From: Thermoanaerobaculia bacterium
GTDB lineage: Bacteria; Acidobacteriota; Thermoanaerobaculia; UBA5066
NCBI GenBank assembly: GCA_963719225.1
Contig: CAVRAY010000001.1
Location: 1,344,001 to 1,408,000 of the forward strand
Direction of reading: 5' to 3'
DNA length: 64,000 bases
Under the pieces are notes generated by a model. That model was not told the DNA's origin, did no database searches, and saw only the letters and a list, made by a program, of their open reading frames with translations. The translations under genes were made by a program, and so were the position numbers. Below are positions 17,341-26,382 of the stretch, in pieces. Numbering within the stretch: position 1 is the first letter of the stretch; each line of letters opens with the position of its first letter.

Positions 17341-20017
17341 TTGACGCTCGCACCAGGTTCGAAGCTCGGCCCGTACGAAATCCTCTCGCCCCTCGGTGCC
17401 GGCGGAATGGGAGAGGTTTACAGAGCCCGTGACGCGCGCCTCGGTCGCGAGGTTGCGGTCAAGGTCCTGCCGGAAGAATTCTTCGAAGACAAGGAACGGG
17501 TCACCCGCTTCGAAAGGGAAGCGAAGCTGCTTGCGGCGCTGAATCACCCGAACATCGCGGCCGTCTATTCATTCGAAGAAATCCCCGGTTCTCCGGGGTC
17601 TCCTGGTTCCTCCAGCCGTCACCTGCTCGTCATGGAGCTCGTGGCGGGCGACACGCTGCGCGAGCGGATGCGAGACGGGGCGCTGCCGGCGCGCAAAGCC
17701 GTGGAGATCGCCGTTCAGATCGCGGAGGGCCTGGCCGCCGCGCACGAGAAAGGGATCGTCCACCGGGACCTCAAGCCCGAGAACATCGTCCTGTCGAGAG
17801 ACGGCCGGGTCAAGATCCTCGACTTTGGCCTCGCGAAGCTCTTGCCGCGGGCCACCGCCGGTGACGACCCCACATCGGCCGGGACGCGGTCGCTTCTCAC
17901 GGAAGCCGGAACCGTGTTCGGGACCGTAAGCTACATGTCGCCGGAGCAGGTGTTCGGAGAGCCCGTCGACGGGCGCTCCGACATCTTCACCTTCGGGACG
18001 ATCCTCTACGAGCTGCTCTCGGGGACGAACCCCTTCCGGTCCGCGACGTCCGCCGAGACGATGACGGCGATCCTCAGGCACGAGCCGCCGCCGCTTTCGG
18101 AGCCGCCGCTCGCCGTGGCGCCGGCGCTCTCGGAGATCGTCGCGCGCTGCCTCGACAAGAGGCCGGAAAAGCGCTTTCAGACGGCGGAGGATCTCGCCTT
18201 CGGCCTGGAGATGTCGTCAGGCGCTTCGCTCTCGGCGGCGCCTGTTACGGGCCGGCACCCGGGTCGCCGCGTCGTCTGGGCGGTCGCAGGAGCCTGTGTC
18301 GCCGGCCTAGTTCTCGGCGCCTCGGCCGCTTTTCTGCTGAGGAGCCACTCGCGCGTCGCGCCGGCGAAGTCCATCCGCTTCACGATTCCGCCCCCTGAGA
18401 ACGGCTCCTTCTCTTTTGGGATCGAGTCGACGAGCCTCGCCTTCTCGCCGGACGGATCGCAGCTCGCATACATTGCCTCGGATCCGAAAGTAGGGCGACG
18501 CATCTGGCTCCGGGCCCTGTCCGGCTTCGAGGCGCGGCCGCTGGCGGGCACTGAGGAAGCCTGGTCGGTTTTCTGGTCCCCCGGCGGGTCGTCGATCGGG
18601 TTCTTCGCCGAGAACAAGCTGAAGCGTCTCGACCTTCCGGGAGGTGCGCCCGTTTCGGTCTGCGAGGTCGCCGGTGGAAGCGGCAAGTCGGGCACCTGGG
18701 GACGCGGTGGCGACATCCTTTTCGCCAGCGCCCAGGGCGATGCGATCTATCGCGTCTCTGCGTCCGGCGGTACTCCGGCCGCCATTCTGAAGCCCGACGC
18801 CTCGGTCGGCGAAACGCGGGTCGTCTGGCCCTGGTTCCTGCCGGACGGCGAGAGGTTCCTCTATTACGCGCGCGTCTTGGGCGGAGGAAAAGTCATGCTG
18901 AAAGAGCCCGGACGGCCTCCGCGTCTCGTGCTGACCGCGGCCTCGATGGCTCAGTACTCCGACCCGGGCTATCTCGTTTTCGTGAAAGACGGCGTTCTCC
19001 TCGGCCAGCCGTTCGACGCGGGCAGCGGGCGTCTGTCGGGACGTCCGTTTTCGATCGCCGATCACGTCCGCTACTTCATGTCGACGGCCGCCGGGTCGTT
19101 CGCCACGTCTCGGGGGGGCACCCTCGCGTTTCAGCCGCAGAACGACGTCCATCGCCTCGTGTGGTTCGACCGGACGGGCCGTGAGCTCGGGACGATCGGG
19201 ATGCCCGCCGAATATCTCGGCGTCCGGATCCCGGCGGACGGCAGCCCCGTTCTCTTCGATCGCGCCCGAGCCGACCTCGGGACGTTCGACGTCTGGTCGT
19301 ACGACGTCGAACGAAACGTCGAGACGCGCGTGACGTCTTCGCCGGACAGCGAGTTCGCGGCAATCTGGCTTCCCCGGCGGAAAGAGCGTTCTTTTCTCGG
19401 CGGTGAGGGGGTCGCCCCCTCGTCTCGTGCGTCGGGACCTCGCGACGGGCACGGAGAAGGAGCTCCTCCCGGAGGGCGGCTTTCAGAACGTCGGTGACAT
19501 CTCGCCGGACGGCCGGACGCTCGTGTACTTCGAGAGGAGCGACAGGAGTCCCTTCGCAATGTGGGCGCTTCCGCTCTCGGGGGAGGGAAAGCCGCGCCGC
19601 CTCCTCGAAGGGGCTTCCCTGGAGGACGATGCACGATTTTCGCCCGACGGCCGCTTCCTCGCGTTCATCTCCGGCGAGTCGGGGCAGCCCGAGGCCTACG
19701 TGATGCCGTTTCCGGGACCCGGGGAGAAGACACGGGTCTCGACGGGAGGCGCGAGCGTCGTGCGCTGGAGCCGAGACGGTCACGAGCTTCTCTACCTGGC
19801 CGGCGACCGGCGCATGACGTCGGTGCCGGTCAGGACCTACCCGTCGCTCCAGCTGGGTGCGTCCAAACCGCTTTTCGAGCTGAAGGGGCGGTTGAGCTGG
19901 ATCGCCTTCGATGTCTCCCCGGACGGCAAGCGTTTCCTCGCCGTGGTCCCGGAAGCGCTGGCCGACGATCTTCCCCTGAGCGTCGTCGTCAACTGGTCGT
20001 CCGACGTGGAGAAGTAG
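17341..20017 (+). pseudogene. Ser/Thr kinase with TM helix and TolB-like beta-propeller, split by a +1 frameshift
   Basis: Kinase motifs (GAGGMGEV, HRDLKPEN, DFG, GTVSYMSPE). Removing one C from the CCCC run at 19372-19375 joins ORFs 17341..19497 and 19403..20017 as WLPGGKSVLFSAVRG. Confidence 0.8.
17473..17586. repeat. Inverted pair of dispersed AT-rich TTC-N3-GAA motif (kinase gene)
   Basis: GAAGAATTCTTCGAAG (17473-88) ... TTCGAAGAAATCCCC (17572-86). Confidence 0.55.
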
Positions 20018-20039
20018 CCCGCGGTATCCTCGATTCTTC

Positions 20040-22214
20040 ATGGCGCGCCGCTACTTCACGACCCCGATCTACTACGTCAACGACCGGCCCCACATCGGGC
20101 ATCTCTACACCACGGTCGTCACGGACACGCTTGCCCGTTATTTCCGCCTCGCGGGGGAGGACGTGCGTCTTCTGACCGGCACGGACGAGCACGGGCAAAA
20201 CATCGAGAAGGTCGCGAAGAAGGAGGGCGTCGCCCCCATCGTCGTGGCCGACCGGCACGCGCCGACGTTCCGGAACCTGTGGAAGGAGTTCGGGATCGCG
20301 AACGACGACTTCATCCGGACGACCGAGCCGAGGCACCGCGTGGGCGTCGAGGAGATCATCCGACGCATCGACGCGGCGGGCGACCTCTATACCGCCTCTC
20401 ACGAAGGCTGGTATTGCGCGCCGTGCGAGGCGTTCTACCCGGAGAAGGACCTCGTGGACGGCAAGTGCCCCGTCCACGGGACGACGCTCGAGCTGCAGAA
20501 GGAAGAGAACGTCTTCTTCCGCCTCTCACGTTATGCCGGCCGCCTCCTCGAGCTGTATGGCGCAAAGAACGCCGACGGTCAGCCGTTCGTCTATCCCGAG
20601 AGCCGTCTCAACGAGGTTCGATCGTTCGTGGAATCCGGTCTCAAGGATCTCTCGGTGTCGCGGACGTCCATCACGTGGGGCATCCCGTTCCCGGGCCGGC
20701 CGGGCCACGTCGTCTACGTGTGGCTCGACGCGCTCGTGAACTACATCACCGCGCTCGGATTCGGCTCGAAGGACGAGACGCTCTACGAACGCTACTGGCC
20801 GGGCATCCACGTGATCGGGAAGGACATCCTGAGGTTCCACGCGGTCTACTGGCCCGCGTTCCTCATGTCGGCAGGTCTCGACGTTCCGCGGCAGGTCGTG
20901 AGCCACGGCTGGTGGCTGCGCGACGCGAAGAAGATGTCCAAGTCCACGGGCAACGTCGTCAAGCCCGACGAGCTCGTCGCCGCGTTCGGCGTCGACGCGC
21001 TGCGCTGGCACCTCGTCTCGGCGATGTCGTTCGGGCAGGACGCGAGCTTCTCCGACGAGGACTTTCTCGCCGGGTACAACGCGGATCTCGCGAACGGAAT
21101 CGGGAACACGCTCTCGCGCGCGGTGAAGATGTCGAGGGATTTCTTCGAAGGTAGAACGCCGCCGGAGAGGGATTCGAAGAAAAATTCCTTCGAATGGCCG
21201 AAGACCGCCACGGATCGGATCGCGAGATGGCGCACGGCATTCGAGGGCTACCGCCTTCATGAGGCCGCCGGCGAGATCCGATCGTTCCTGCAGCTCGTGG
21301 ACAGCTACATCACGACCAACCAGCCGTGGCGCACCCCGGCAGATCTTTCGCTCGAAGAAATCTCCCGGTTCCGCTCGCACGTGCTTTTCGACTGCCTCGA
21401 AGCTCTGCGCATCGCGGCCTGCCTTCTCGCGCCCATCGCGCCGCGCGCCGCGACGGAGATCTTCCGACGTCTCGGCGTCGACAAGCGCGCAGAAGACGTC
21501 CGCGGAGCCGACCTCGCGTGGGGCCAGCTTCCGCTCAGCGCCCCGCTCCCGTCCGCGCCGCCGCTCTTTCCGAGGGCGGACGCGAAAGAATATTTTGCTT
21601 CCAGAGGCGAATCCACGGGCAGTGCCTCCAAGGAGAGATCAGTGGCAGACGAAAGGTCCGAAGGTTCTTCGAAAGGTGTGTCTCAGGCAGGTGCCGCGGC
21701 GGGCGGCGGGGCTGATGGTGGCGCATCGCCCGCGCCGTCGCCGGCGGCCGGCGGCAGCGCGGGCGCGCTGACAGCGCCCGAGGCTGGTCGTTCTTCTCTT
21801 AATTCCCCTTCTAAGCAAAATCCACCATCGCCATCCGCTCCACCGCAGCAGGCGACGACTCCTGCTTCGCCCGGCGCGTCCGAAAGCAAAATCCCAATCT
21901 CCGACTTCCTGAGGATCGACCTTCGCGTGGGAGAGGTGATCGCGGCGGAGAAGGTGGAAAAGTCGAAGAAGCTGATGAAGATGACGGTGAAGCTCGGCGA
22001 CGAGGTGCGGACGATCGTCGGCGGCATCGCGACCGCATACACGGCCGAGCAGCTCGTCGGGAAGAAGTTCGCCTTCGTCGCGAACCTTCAGCCCGCGAAG
22101 CTCATGGGCGTCGAGTCGAACGGCATGATCCTCGCCGCCACCTTCCCGGAGACCGGCGAGCCGTCGCTCCTCATGGTCGATCCCTCGGTGCCTTCGGGAG
22201 CGAAGGTCAAGTAG
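20040..22214 (+). CDS. metG: Methionyl-tRNA synthetase with C-terminal tRNA-binding OB domain
   Basis: TTPIYYVN..PHIGH, GTDEHG, KMSKS, C-terminal IDLRVG...ANL.PAKLMGVESNGM; unusually long linker. Confidence 0.97.
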   Translation: MARRYFTTPIYYVNDRPHIGHLYTTVVTDTLARYFRLAGEDVRLLTGTDEHGQNIEKVAKKEGVAPIVVADRHAPTFRNLWKEFGIANDDFIRTTEPRHRVGVEEIIRRIDAAGDLYTASHEGWYCAPCEAFYPEKDLVDGKCPVHGTTLELQKEENVFFRLSRYAGRLLELYGAKNADGQPFVYPESRLNEVRSFVESGLKDLSVSRTSITWGIPFPGRPGHVVYVWLDALVNYITALGFGSKDETLYERYWPGIHVIGKDILRFHAVYWPAFLMSAGLDVPRQVVSHGWWLRDAKKMSKSTGNVVKPDELVAAFGVDALRWHLVSAMSFGQDASFSDEDFLAGYNADLANGIGNTLSRAVKMSRDFFEGRTPPERDSKKNSFEWPKTATDRIARWRTAFEGYRLHEAAGEIRSFLQLVDSYITTNQPWRTPADLSLEEISRFRSHVLFDCLEALRIAACLLAPIAPRAATEIFRRLGVDKRAEDVRGADLAWGQLPLSAPLPSAPPLFPRADAKEYFASRGESTGSASKERSVADERSEGSSKGVSQAGAAAGGGADGGASPAPSPAAGGSAGALTAPEAGRSSLNSPSKQNPPSPSAPPQQATTPASPGASESKIPISDFLRIDLRVGEVIAAEKVEKSKKLMKMTVKLGDEVRTIVGGIATAYTAEQLVGKKFAFVANLQPAKLMGVESNGMILAATFPETGEPSLLMVDPSVPSGAKVK
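21134..21823. repeat. Cluster of dispersed AT-rich TTC-N3-GAA motifs (metG)
   Basis: GAGGGATTTCTTCGAAGGTA (21134), TTCGAAGAAAAATTCC (21173), CTCGAAGAAATCTCC (21351), GGTTCTTCGAAAGG (21663), CCTTCTAAGCAAAATCC (21807). Confidence 0.6.
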
Positions 22215-23039
22215 ATGGCCGAGTCCCACGGCGGCGACAACGACACCCACCGGCCTCCGCCGCCGTCGCCTCCCGTCCCGGCCGACCCGGCCGCGAAGGC
22301 GAACCTCGAGGCCAGCCTCGCGTCGCCGACGTACGCGCTGGCGCAGGAAGACCTCGTTTTCCTCGCGCACCGCCAGCTGCGGGGCGTGCGCCTCATGCTC
22401 GAGCTCGAGAAGGCCGACATGCAGATGGATCTGGAGGGGATCCGGACCACGATCGTCGTTTTCGGCGGCGCGCGGCTCAAGGAGGGGGACCGCTGGTACG
22501 CGGAGGCGCGAGAGTTCGGACGCATCGTCTCGACGAGCTGCCAGATGGACGGAGCGAGCGACTTCGTGATCACGACCGGCGGCGGCCCGGGTGCGATGGA
22601 GGCCGCGAACCGTGGTGCGTGGGACGCCGGCGCCAAGACCGTGGGCTTCAACATCCAGCTTCCGCACGAGCAGTGGCCGAACGCCTACATCACGCCCTCG
22701 CTCTGCTTCCGATTTCACTACTTCGGCATCCGCAAGATGCACCTCCTGATGCGCGCTCGTGCGCTCGTCGCGTTCCCGGGCGGCTACGGCACGCTGGACG
22801 AGCTCTTCGAAACGCTCACGCTCGTCCAGACCGGGAAGATGAAACGCGTCCCGATCGTCCTCGTGGGCCGCGCGTACTGGGAGAAGCTCATCAACTGGCA
22901 GCTCCTCGTCGACGAGGGCGGGATCGCGCCCGAGGACCTGAATCTCATTTCCTGGGCCGAGGGCGGCGCCGAGGCGTGGAACGCGATCGTGGACTTCTAC
23001 ATCCGGCATCCGGCGCCGCCCGGTTCGCGCCTGCGCTGA
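22215..23039 (+). CDS. LOG family protein (TIGR00730 Rossmann fold)
   Basis: TGGGPGAMEAANRGA, PHEQ, FHYF..RK, PGGYGTLDE. Confidence 0.9.
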   Translation: MAESHGGDNDTHRPPPPSPPVPADPAAKANLEASLASPTYALAQEDLVFLAHRQLRGVRLMLELEKADMQMDLEGIRTTIVVFGGARLKEGDRWYAEAREFGRIVSTSCQMDGASDFVITTGGGPGAMEAANRGAWDAGAKTVGFNIQLPHEQWPNAYITPSLCFRFHYFGIRKMHLLMRARALVAFPGGYGTLDELFETLTLVQTGKMKRVPIVLVGRAYWEKLINWQLLVDEGGIAPEDLNLISWAEGGAEAWNAIVDFYIRHPAPPGSRLR

Positions 23040-23052
23040 TGGCCCTCTTCGA

Positions 23053-23877
23053 ATGACCCCCGAGTACGCGGACTCGCACGGGCACCTCACGATGGTGTTC
23101 GAAGGCGGCGAGATGAAGGGCGCGCCGCGGGACGCGACCGCGGCCGAGGTGAAAGAGCTCGTGAACCGTGCGCGGGACGCCGGCGTCACGCGCATCCTCG
23201 TGCCCGGAACCCATCGCGGCGACCTGCGTCTGGCGGTCGACATCGCCGAGCGGTACGAGGGCGTCTTCGCCGCCGTCGGAATCCATCCGCACGAGGCGAA
23301 TGAGTTCGACGAGGACGGGGACCTGAAGATCTTCGAGGAGCTTTCGGCGTCGAAAAAGGTCGTCGCGGTCGGGGAGATCGGCCTCGACTACCACTACGAC
23401 CATTCTCCGAAGGAGGCACAGCGCTACGCGCTCGAGGCTCAACTGCGCTTCGCAATGGAGAAACGTCTGCCCGTCCTCCTTCACAACCGCGAATCCGAGC
23501 AGGACCTCCTTCCGATCCTCGAGAGTCTCGCGCCCGGCGACCCCGGGAATCTGCGAGGCGTCTTCCACTCCTTTTGCGCGGACGCGGCGACGGGGGAGCG
23601 GGCGCTCGCGCTCGGGTACCTCGTCAGCTTCTCGGGGATGCTCACGTTCAAGTCCGCCGAGAACGTCCGCGACGCGGCATCGGCCCTGCCGCTCGATTCG
23701 ATGCTCCTCGAAACGGACGCACCGTATCTCGCGCCCGCTCCGTTCCGGGGCAAGCCGAACGAGTCCTCGTTCCTGCCGAGGACGGCGGTGAGACTGGCCG
23801 AATTGAAAGGCGTGCCCGTCGAAGAGATCGCGCGCGTCACGACGGACAACTTCAAGCGGCTGTTCCGGGTGCCCTAG
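23053..23877 (+). CDS. tatD: TatD family hydrolase
   Basis: DSHGHL, GIHPH, GEIGLDY, HNRE, GVFHSF, ETDAPY. Confidence 0.92.
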   Translation: MTPEYADSHGHLTMVFEGGEMKGAPRDATAAEVKELVNRARDAGVTRILVPGTHRGDLRLAVDIAERYEGVFAAVGIHPHEANEFDEDGDLKIFEELSASKKVVAVGEIGLDYHYDHSPKEAQRYALEAQLRFAMEKRLPVLLHNRESEQDLLPILESLAPGDPGNLRGVFHSFCADAATGERALALGYLVSFSGMLTFKSAENVRDAASALPLDSMLLETDAPYLAPAPFRGKPNESSFLPRTAVRLAELKGVPVEEIARVTTDNFKRLFRVP

Positions 23878-23888
23878 AAACGGTTCCC

Positions 23889-24263
23889 ATGGCCCGCCCG
23901 CCGCGTCTCTCCCGCGCCGAGTTCGAGAAGCTGGTGGAAAAGGCGATCGAAGAGCTGCCGGAAGCGTTCCAGGAGCGCCTCGAGAACGTCGTCATCGCGG
24001 TCGAGGACGAGCCGACCGACGAGGACTACGAGCTCACGGACACGCCCGACGACGAAGACCTCTTCGGCATCTTCCGCGGACCGATGCGCACGGAGATGTC
24101 GTGGGACATGCTCCCCTCGCTCCCGCCGCAGGCCGTCGTCTTTCGCGGGCCCATCCTGCGCAACACAAAGAGCAGCCGGGAAGCCGTCAAGGAGATAAAG
24201 GACACTCTCGTCCACGAGCTCGGGCACTACTTCGGCCTCGAGGACGACGAGATGCCGTGTTGA
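23889..24263 (+). CDS. Zincin-like metallopeptidase family protein (DUF1025-like)
   Basis: FE.LV..A...LPE.F...L.NV, C-terminal HELGHYFGL. Confidence 0.85.
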   Translation: MARPPRLSRAEFEKLVEKAIEELPEAFQERLENVVIAVEDEPTDEDYELTDTPDDEDLFGIFRGPMRTEMSWDMLPSLPPQAVVFRGPILRNTKSSREAVKEIKDTLVHELGHYFGLEDDEMPC

Positions 24264-24278
24264 GGGACCTCCTCTCTG

Positions 24279-24308
24279 CGTACGCTTTGAAGTACACTCA
24301 AACGTACG
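24279..24308. promoter_or_regulatory. Palindromic TA operator overlapping the -10 box (TACACT)
   Basis: CGTACG-C-TTTGA-agtacac-TCAAA-CGTACG, directly upstream of the antitoxin SD. Confidence 0.65.
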
Positions 24309-24319
24309 AGAGGACTCCT

Positions 24320-24601
24320 ATGCGCCGAACGCACTTGAAAGAAGACGTTCACCCCATTTCCGAGTTTCGTTCCAATGCGGCCACTCTCGTCCGGAAAGTT
24401 AGGGAAAGCCGCCGGGCGCTCATCCTCACGCAGCGCGGACGTAGCGCGGCGGTCCTCCTCGATGCCGAAGACTACGAGGATCTTCTCGAGGAAATCGACA
24501 TCCTCCGCGACGTTCAGACGTCATTGAAGGAGCTCGAAGCCGGCAAGGGCGTCACTCACGCCAAAGCTCGCGACCAGGTTCTCAAGACACTTTCGCGGTG
24601 A
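24320..24601 (+). CDS. Phd/YefM-family antitoxin
   Basis: PISEFRSN...V......ILTQRGRSAAVLL..EDYE; GAGAGGA SD; GTGA overlap with toxin. Confidence 0.88.
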   Translation: MRRTHLKEDVHPISEFRSNAATLVRKVRESRRALILTQRGRSAAVLLDAEDYEDLLEEIDILRDVQTSLKELEAGKGVTHAKARDQVLKTLSR

Positions 24602-24897
24602 GAGTGAAATGGTCGCCCCTCGCGATCAAACGGGCGTCGGAAGCAGCTGCCTTCCTCGCTCGAGACAACCCCGAAGCCGCCGAACGGTGGACCAAGGAGC
24701 TCTTCGAGGCAGTCAAACGGCTCGAGAGCTTCCCGGAGTCGGGCCGCATGATTCCGGAAATCGGGCGACCCGAGTTCCGCGAGATCCAATACGGACGCTA
24801 TCGGGTTCTTTACCGCTTTCAGCGATCTGCGGTTTCGATTCTGACCGTACGACATGCCCGGCGACTATTCGATCCGACCGACGTGCGACCTCGCTAG
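24598..24897 (+). CDS. RelE/ParE-family toxin
   Basis: VKWSPLA......FLA.DNP.AA, L..FPESGR.IPE, YRVLYR, ILTVRH.RR. Confidence 0.88.
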   Translation: MRVKWSPLAIKRASEAAAFLARDNPEAAERWTKELFEAVKRLESFPESGRMIPEIGRPEFREIQYGRYRVLYRFQRSAVSILTVRHARRLFDPTDVRPR

Positions 24898-25017
24898 CCT
24901 CTCGTGCGAAGCGCGTAACGCTAAACTAACGCGCTTGAAATTCCTTTCCGTCGAGTGGGGTCCGGAACTTGCACCCCCGCTTCCTGCACCGGGGTCTGTC
25001 CCGGTCCCGAGGAACAA

Positions 25018-26382
25018 ATGAGCCCGATCGAGACCGAAGATCCCCCGGCCCTGCCCGCGGCGAAGCCGGTCGAAACGCCCGAAACACGCGCGCTACAGAA
25101 GACCGCGAAGGCGCTCCCGGAAGCTCACCGGCCGGAAGAAAAGCGGGACGAAAGGGACGCGAAGCCGCCCGACCAACCCTCCGGCAAGCCGCACCGGTGG
25201 CCGTGGATCGTGGGCGCCGTGGTCCTCGCGATCATCGCGATCATCTTTCTGGCGGGCGCTCGCAACAAGCGCGCCCAGCGCGAGGCGGACGCGAGGGCGC
25301 GTCCTAAAGCGGTGTCGGTCATGACCTCCGTCGCGCGCACGGGCGACATGCCGGTCTACCTCACGGGACTCGGAACCGTCACGGCGCTGAACACCGTCAC
25401 GGTGAGGAGCCGTGTCGACGGCCAGCTCCTGAACGTGGCCTACCGGGAAGGGGAGAACGTCCGGAAAGGCGACCTTTTGGCCGAGATCGACCCGCGCCCG
25501 TTCGAGGTGCAGCTCGCGCAGGCGGAAGGACAGAAGGCAAAGGACGAAGCAATCCTCAGGAACGCAAGGCTGGACCTGGAGCGCTATCGCATCCTGGCGG
25601 CGCAGGACGCGATTCCGAAGCAGCAGCTCGACACGCAGGCCGCCGCCGTCGCGCAGGGCGAAGCGGTGCTCATGACCGATCAAGCGCAGGTCGACGCCGC
25701 GCGGCTGAATCTCGTGTACACCCGCATCACGGCACCGATCAGCGGCCGCGCCGGGCTCCGCCTCGTCGACATCGGCAACATGGTGCACGCCGCAGATCCG
25801 AACGGCCTCGTCGTCCTCACGCAAGTGCAGCCCATTGCCGTCATCTTCACGCTGCCAGAGGACCAGCTCAACGCGGTGCGCGACCGGCTGCGCCAGGGCC
25901 GGAAGCTGCCTGTCGACGCGTTCGACCGCGACCTCAGGCACAAGCTCGGAACGGGCGAACTCGCGACGGTGGACAACCAGATCGACCCGGCGACGGGCAC
26001 GGTGAAGCTCAAGGCCATCTTTCAGAACTCAGACGACGGGCTCTTTCCGAACCAGTTCGTGAACCCGCGGCTCCTCATCGACACGTGGAAGGGCGTCGTC
26101 CTCGTGCCGAACGCCGCGATCCAGCGCAGCACGCAGTCCACGTTCGTCTTCGTCGTGAAAGAGGATCAGACCGTCGAGGCGCGCCCCGTCGAGGTGCGGC
26201 TGACGGAAGGCGACACGAGCGCGATCGCCAAAGGCATTGCCGCGGGCGAGACCGTGGTGACGGAAGGCGTCGACAAACTGCAGACCGGCGCGAAAGTGGA
26301 GACCGGAAAAGCCGGGGCGCCCGGTGCTCCCGCCGCGACCGCGCCGCAGACGAAGGGCGCCGCCGCCACCAGGAAGAAATGA
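25018..26382 (+). CDS. mdtA: RND efflux periplasmic adaptor subunit (MdtA/MuxA)
   Basis: N-terminal [48 protein letters not shown]. Confidence 0.9.
   Translation: MSPIETEDPPALPAAKPVETPETRALQKTAKALPEAHRPEEKRDERDAKPPDQPSGKPHRWPWIVGAVVLAIIAIIFLAGARNKRAQREADARARPKAVSVMTSVARTGDMPVYLTGLGTVTALNTVTVRSRVDGQLLNVAYREGENVRKGDLLAEIDPRPFEVQLAQAEGQKAKDEAILRNARLDLERYRILAAQDAIPKQQLDTQAAAVAQGEAVLMTDQAQVDAARLNLVYTRITAPISGRAGLRLVDIGNMVHAADPNGLVVLTQVQPIAVIFTLPEDQLNAVRDRLRQGRKLPVDAFDRDLRHKLGTGELATVDNQIDPATGTVKLKAIFQNSDDGLFPNQFVNPRLLIDTWKGVVLVPNAAIQRSTQSTFVFVVKEDQTVEARPVEVRLTEGDTSAIAKGIAAGETVVTEGVDKLQTGAKVETGKAGAPGAPAATAPQTKGAAATRKK

Noticed and set aside
17584-17613. PGS-PGS-PGS 9-nt micro-repeat in the kinase
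   Set aside because: Degenerate, in frame, in a surface loop; probably the pyrimidine-rich flank of the dispersed motif rather than a contingency locus
24900-24945. Possible integron attC site after the TA module
   Set aside because: Has AAC-type boxes but no matching GTTRRRY end, no cassette array and no integrase
24964-24990. ECF-sigma promoter (GGAACTT...GCACC) upstream of mdtA
   Set aside because: Good -35 but the -10 is too weak to support
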